NCBI GenBank assembly: GCA_965237525.1
Contig: CBDEFO010000003.1
Span: 192,001-256,000 of the forward strand
DNA length: 64,000 bases
Reading direction: 5' to 3'
Source: Candidatus Latescibacterota bacterium
GTDB taxonomy: Bacteria > Latescibacterota > CBDEFO01
Shown: piece after piece, positions 60,448-64,000 of the stretch
How the letters are laid out: each line of letters begins with the position of its first letter
How positions within the stretch are numbered: the stretch's first letter is position 1
Notes under the pieces: generated by a model
Told to the model about the DNA's origin: nothing
What the model saw: the letters and a program-made list of their open reading frames with translations, nothing else
The model's database searches: none
Translations under genes and position numbers: made by a program

Positions 60448-61139
60448 CTATCCTGTTTTGCCGAAGTTATCCAGAAAAAGGACAAAGTCGGAAAGGCCTA
60501 CCTTTTCATCATTATCCAAATCAAATGTAGAATCCCAATTGGTAGAACTGGACGTCGCCCCGAACACATCTAGAAACAGGACAAAGTCGGAAAGATCAAC
60601 TTCATTGTCCCCGTCGAAGTCTCCTGCCAGTCCGGTATCAGTGCCGTCCGGGCTGAGGAACTCTATTTCATAAATGACAGCGCCACCGACAACCTGGAGG
60701 CTGATGTTATCAATGGCAAATTCTGGCGAACCAGGGATATCGTACCAACCGGTGACTCCAGCGGGTACAATAGCCTCATGTCCGTAGAGCGACGTCAGCC
60801 CACCTACACGAAAGCCCTCCTCAGTGAAGCCCCCTCCTAAATAGCCGAATACTCTGTATTGGTACATCTTTCCAAGATAGACCCGGATAGTCTGAAGCCG
60901 TACAGTGTCAGGCCACGATACAGCCAACAAGCCGATCCAGTCCCATTCAATAGCGGGAGCGTCCGGGTCAATGTCGGGCGTGCCCCATCGGTGAGTGAGG
61001 CCACATCGCCTGTCCAGGTGTTGTGCGTGGTGGCCATGGTAACTGCATCGGGGGTGATGTCTCTGGCAGAAAAGCTTCCTATGGTCGCGAGGATGATAGG
61101 AACTCCCACGATCAGTAATATAACGATAATCTTATACAA
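60448..61139 (-). pseudogene. Secreted protein with a C-terminal dockerin/EF-hand-like domain, one frameshift near 60983
   Basis: Signal-bearing ORF joins DIDPDAPAIEW...; GDFDGDNEVDLSDFVLF and DLDNDEKVGLSDFVLF. Confidence 0.7.
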
Positions 61140-61224
61140 GGGGTTCTTATCCTATTCCCACTGACACATTTGAGGAGGACTTTCCTGGTGCACTCAAAGA
61201 GAAAACCCTGAAGGTGAGAAAAGC

Positions 61225-62350
61225 TTATGCCTTCCACTCTTCAAGCCACTTATACTTCTCCGGCAAGTAGTCTCCCTGGCTCTGCTCGGCTGCTTGAGCA
61301 TAGATCTGCAAAAGTCGGATGTCCATCTCAGATAAGCCATCGCCCTGCGTCGCTCCGACGTTCTCCACAACTTCCTCTATAGAATTCATCGCTGGGATTG
61401 TGCTGGAAATCTCCTTGGCTTCCAAGATAAACCTCAATGCCGCCTGCGGGAGACTTGCCTCGACACCCTTCAGCTCCGCTCGAAGGGGATCTGAGGGTTC
61501 CAGGTTAAGCAAAGCTCCTCCGGCAAAGGGCTTGATCCCTATGAGCCCCAAGCCGGCTTCGCTGATCCGGGAGGCAAAGTCGGGCTCATCACAAGGCTCG
61601 AAGAAGCAGTCGACAGTTTGTTGAACGGCTTTCGGTGCTCGGGCAGGAGTCACTCCTGCCTTGATTTGTCCCCAGGAAGAGGCCTGAGCTGAGGTAACAG
61701 GACTTAATCTCTGATGCCGAAAGTTATACGGAAGGAACAGGTAGTCCAATCCCGGATTGGCGCTAAGTATCTCCAGCAATCTTTTCTGATCGTGATTCGT
61801 TACCCCAATGGCCCTTATCTTGCCCTGCTCCTTGGCCTGCTGCAAAATTTTGAAACGCTCGGTCTCGCCGCGCGCGTCGCGATAGAGATCGATGTAATCG
61901 GTGTTGAAGGTGTTCAAGGCAAATTCGATCTCCGCCATGAGGTCGTTCTGCACGGCGACCAGAGATATTACGACATCTTGGCGCACCGCTCCCAACACCT
62001 CGCTCATCAGATCAAACTGATGATAATTGTGCTCATAGATGTCGAATGAGGTTAATACCTAACTCTAAGCCTTTTCTGATTACCGCTCCTCTCGCCTGGG
62101 GATCACCCCTTTTGTCTTCATTGAGATGAGATCCAAAGCCCATCTCTGAGACGCGGATTCCTGTTTTACCCAGTGTTCTATATTTCATGTCCCCTGGAGC
62201 AGTAGTAGAGCCGGAACTTGCAACAGCAGGGGTTAACAATGCTCCAGCCCCTAAAGCAGCAGCACTCATTTTATGGATAAATTCACGCCGGGTGAGTTCT
62301 GTGGCCTTCGTTGACTGCGATCTATGATTGGAAGATCGAATAGACTTCAT
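61225..62350 (-). pseudogene. Tat-exported aldo/keto reductase, one frameshift near 62049
   Basis: TRREFI, MKYRTLGKTG, GINL(+1)FDIYE, DYIDLY, GKIRAIGV, IKPFAGG. Confidence 0.8.
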
Positions 62351-62460
62351 TTCAGTACCCTTTCATTTGGTGGTTTATATGCTGAGAGACTGATTGGACT
62401 TCAAGATATGGGGCTTATATACTTGAGTGCCAATGGGGGAGGTAAGTGTCATGACTGATT

Positions 62461-62781
62461 CTACTGTTCGGACAGAAGACGTGCAAGCTGATTCAGAGTT
62501 GTGTCAGAAAGATGTTGAAAAATTTGTTGCACAAGGTGTGTTAGATCTTGCTCATTACATAGAAAGACAAGGCCAGCATTTTCCGGTAGAGGAATCTCGG
62601 AACCTGTCAAAGTTGTTTCCCCACCTACCCCCTTGGACTCTTCCTCGCACTGCGTCAGGGGACGTATTATCATAGCAATATAATGAGGCTTATCATGCAC
62701 TTGACGAACTTCACAATATTTTGTCTGGTACACGCATCCAAACTCTTTATACAGTTCTTCGATGGTATCTGGTGAAGACAT
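62461..62781 (-). CDS. Hypothetical protein (possible IS passenger)
   Basis: 106-aa ORF with SD AGGAG; divergent from the transposase. Confidence 0.5.
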   Translation of the reverse strand: MSSPDTIEELYKEFGCVYQTKYCEVRQVHDKPHYIAMIIRPLTQCEEESKGVGGETTLTGSEIPLPENAGLVFLCNEQDLTHLVQQIFQHLSDTTLNQLARLLSEQ

Positions 62782-62896
62782 CGCAAATCTCCTTGTTGAA
62801 GCGTGAGAAAGTTTAGTGCGGAATTTTTATTGTTTTGTCAAGTAAAAATGCTATATGGAGGACAGAAAAAGCCATACTTAAGTGCCACAATTATGC

Positions 62897-62925
62897 TTGA
62901 CATGGTGGTTCATATTGGGTATATT
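62897..62925 (+). promoter_or_regulatory. Sigma70 promoter of the IS1595 transposase
   Basis: TTGACA-N17-TATATT. Confidence 0.65.
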
Positions 62926-62971
62926 TAATTGTTAAACAATACGTTATCTCGGTTTTGAATCTCCACAAAAG

Positions 62972-63929
62972 GTGAGTAAGATGGCACATAAAGCACCTGG
63001 TAAGTACTTCCGTAAGGGCATGTCTTTCATTGATCTTTTTCGCTTATTCCCTGATGATGGTGTTGCTGATGCGTTTTTCGCTGAGGTACGCTGGCCTGAT
63101 GGTCCCCAGTGTCCCTACTGCGGTTATGCCAATGTCCAGGAAGGTGCGGCGCATAAGACTATGCCTTACCGGTGCCGCAAGGATGGTTGCCGCAAGCGTT
63201 TCAGCGTCCGCATTGGCAGTATCATGGAAGCGTCACCTATCGGTTATCAGAAATGGGCTATTGCCATATACTTGTTGACAACCAATCTTAAGGGCGTGTC
63301 CAGCATGAAACTGCATAGGGATTTGGAAATCACTCAGAAGAGCGCATGGTTTCTTGCCCATCGCATCCGCAAGACCTTTGACGAGGGTGGTGACTTCTTT
63401 GCTGGCCCTGTCGAGGTGGATGAGACTTACGTGGGCGGCCTGGAAAAAAACAAGCATGCGAGCAAGAAGTTGCATGCGGGTCGTGGTACGGTGGGCAAGA
63501 CGGCGGTCGTCGGGGCGCGTGATCGGGAGACGAACCGTATTGACGCTGAGGTGGTAGAATCCACTGATGGGGGTTACCTTACGGGGTTTTGTGTACCGGC
63601 GTACGGAGCCGGGGGCTACTGTTTATACGGATGAGGCTACGGCGTATAAGAGTTTAGAAGGTGTGAATCATGAGTCCGTCAAGCACTCTGTTGGTGAGTA
63701 TGTGGATGGGCAGGCCCACACCAACGGTTTAGAATCGTTCTGGTCTATGCTTAAAAGAGGGTATATCACGGCACCTATCACCGTGATGAGTGTGAAGCAC
63801 CTTGGCAGGTATGTTAATGAGTTTTCGGGGCGTCACAACGTGCGGGATGCTGATACGTTAGTACAAATGGCGTGGATTGCCCAGAGGATGATGGGCAAGC
63901 GCCTTAAATACAAGGAGTTGACAGCATGA
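62972..63929 (+). pseudogene. IS1595 (ISXO2-like) transposase, frameshifted at a G run near 63570
   Basis: CPYCG...YRCRKDGCRKRFSV zinc ribbon, VEVDETYVGG, VYTDE, HTNGLESFWSMLKRG. Confidence 0.88.
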
Positions 63930-64000
63930 GTAGACCTAAGAGGGAAGTATCGAAGGACATTCCTCGGTTTCCACACGCTTTACTCTTTATACCTGAGAAA

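Larger units (their letters stand above)
62410..64000 (+). mobile_element. IS1595-family element, probably with a passenger gene; right end outside the window
   Basis: Transposase at 62972; candidate left end GGGCTTATATACTTGAGTGCCA, echoed internally by ATACTTAAGTGCCA near 62875. Confidence 0.6.

Noticed and set aside
1517..63557. Numerous short antisense or overlapping ORFs in the track
   Set aside because: They are shadows of well-supported genes with no motifs of their own.
1..64000. tRNA, rRNA, tmRNA, RNase P, known riboswitches, prophage structural genes
   Set aside because: No recognisable consensus by eye; an Infernal/tRNAscan-SE run would be needed to exclude them formally.

Overview
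Bacterial chromosomal window, about 48-50% GC by eye. The many FlgD/'QNYPNPFNP' C-terminal domains, dockerin/cohesin-like proteins and the futalosine pathway suggest an FCB-group anaerobe such as Latescibacterota/KSB1-like (inference). Core content: rpmB; a futalosine menaquinone operon (ubiD, mqnE, mqnC, mqnA, deaminase, ubiA/mqnP, ubiX, mqnD) carrying an AT-rich TIR-domain gene and a PHP hydrolase; two GT4 glycosyltransferases and an NHL lipoprotein; two tandem ABC exporters plus a DUF1854-like gene behind a ~300-nt terminated leader; a lone UvrD-like helicase; a fused ECF ATPase; FG-GAP proteins; mobA; an SSS transporter with a Tat-exported DmpA peptidase; a TPR/Omp85 cluster; dprA. Mobile content: two apparently identical 1302-bp DDE IS copies with GGTT ends, an IS1182 with an amber stop, an IS3 remnant and an IS1595. 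Main discoveries: (1) a ~13.2-kb island bounded by 42-bp direct repeats (44391-44432 / 57557-57598) integrated in the 5' end of the transformation gene dprA, with a tyrosine-integrase remnant beside the right repeat; (2) a dispersed 21-23-bp palindrome (CCCCGATAGATTCAATCGGGG) in about 12 copies, several inside open reading frames and several with apparent 2-bp target duplications; (3) a heptamer (AGTAGAC)n repeat family that encodes parts of signal peptides; (4) a duplicated sigma70 promoter plus CRP-like box module. Several frameshifts, mostly in the right third, may be assembly indels. No rRNA, tRNA or CRISPR array was seen.
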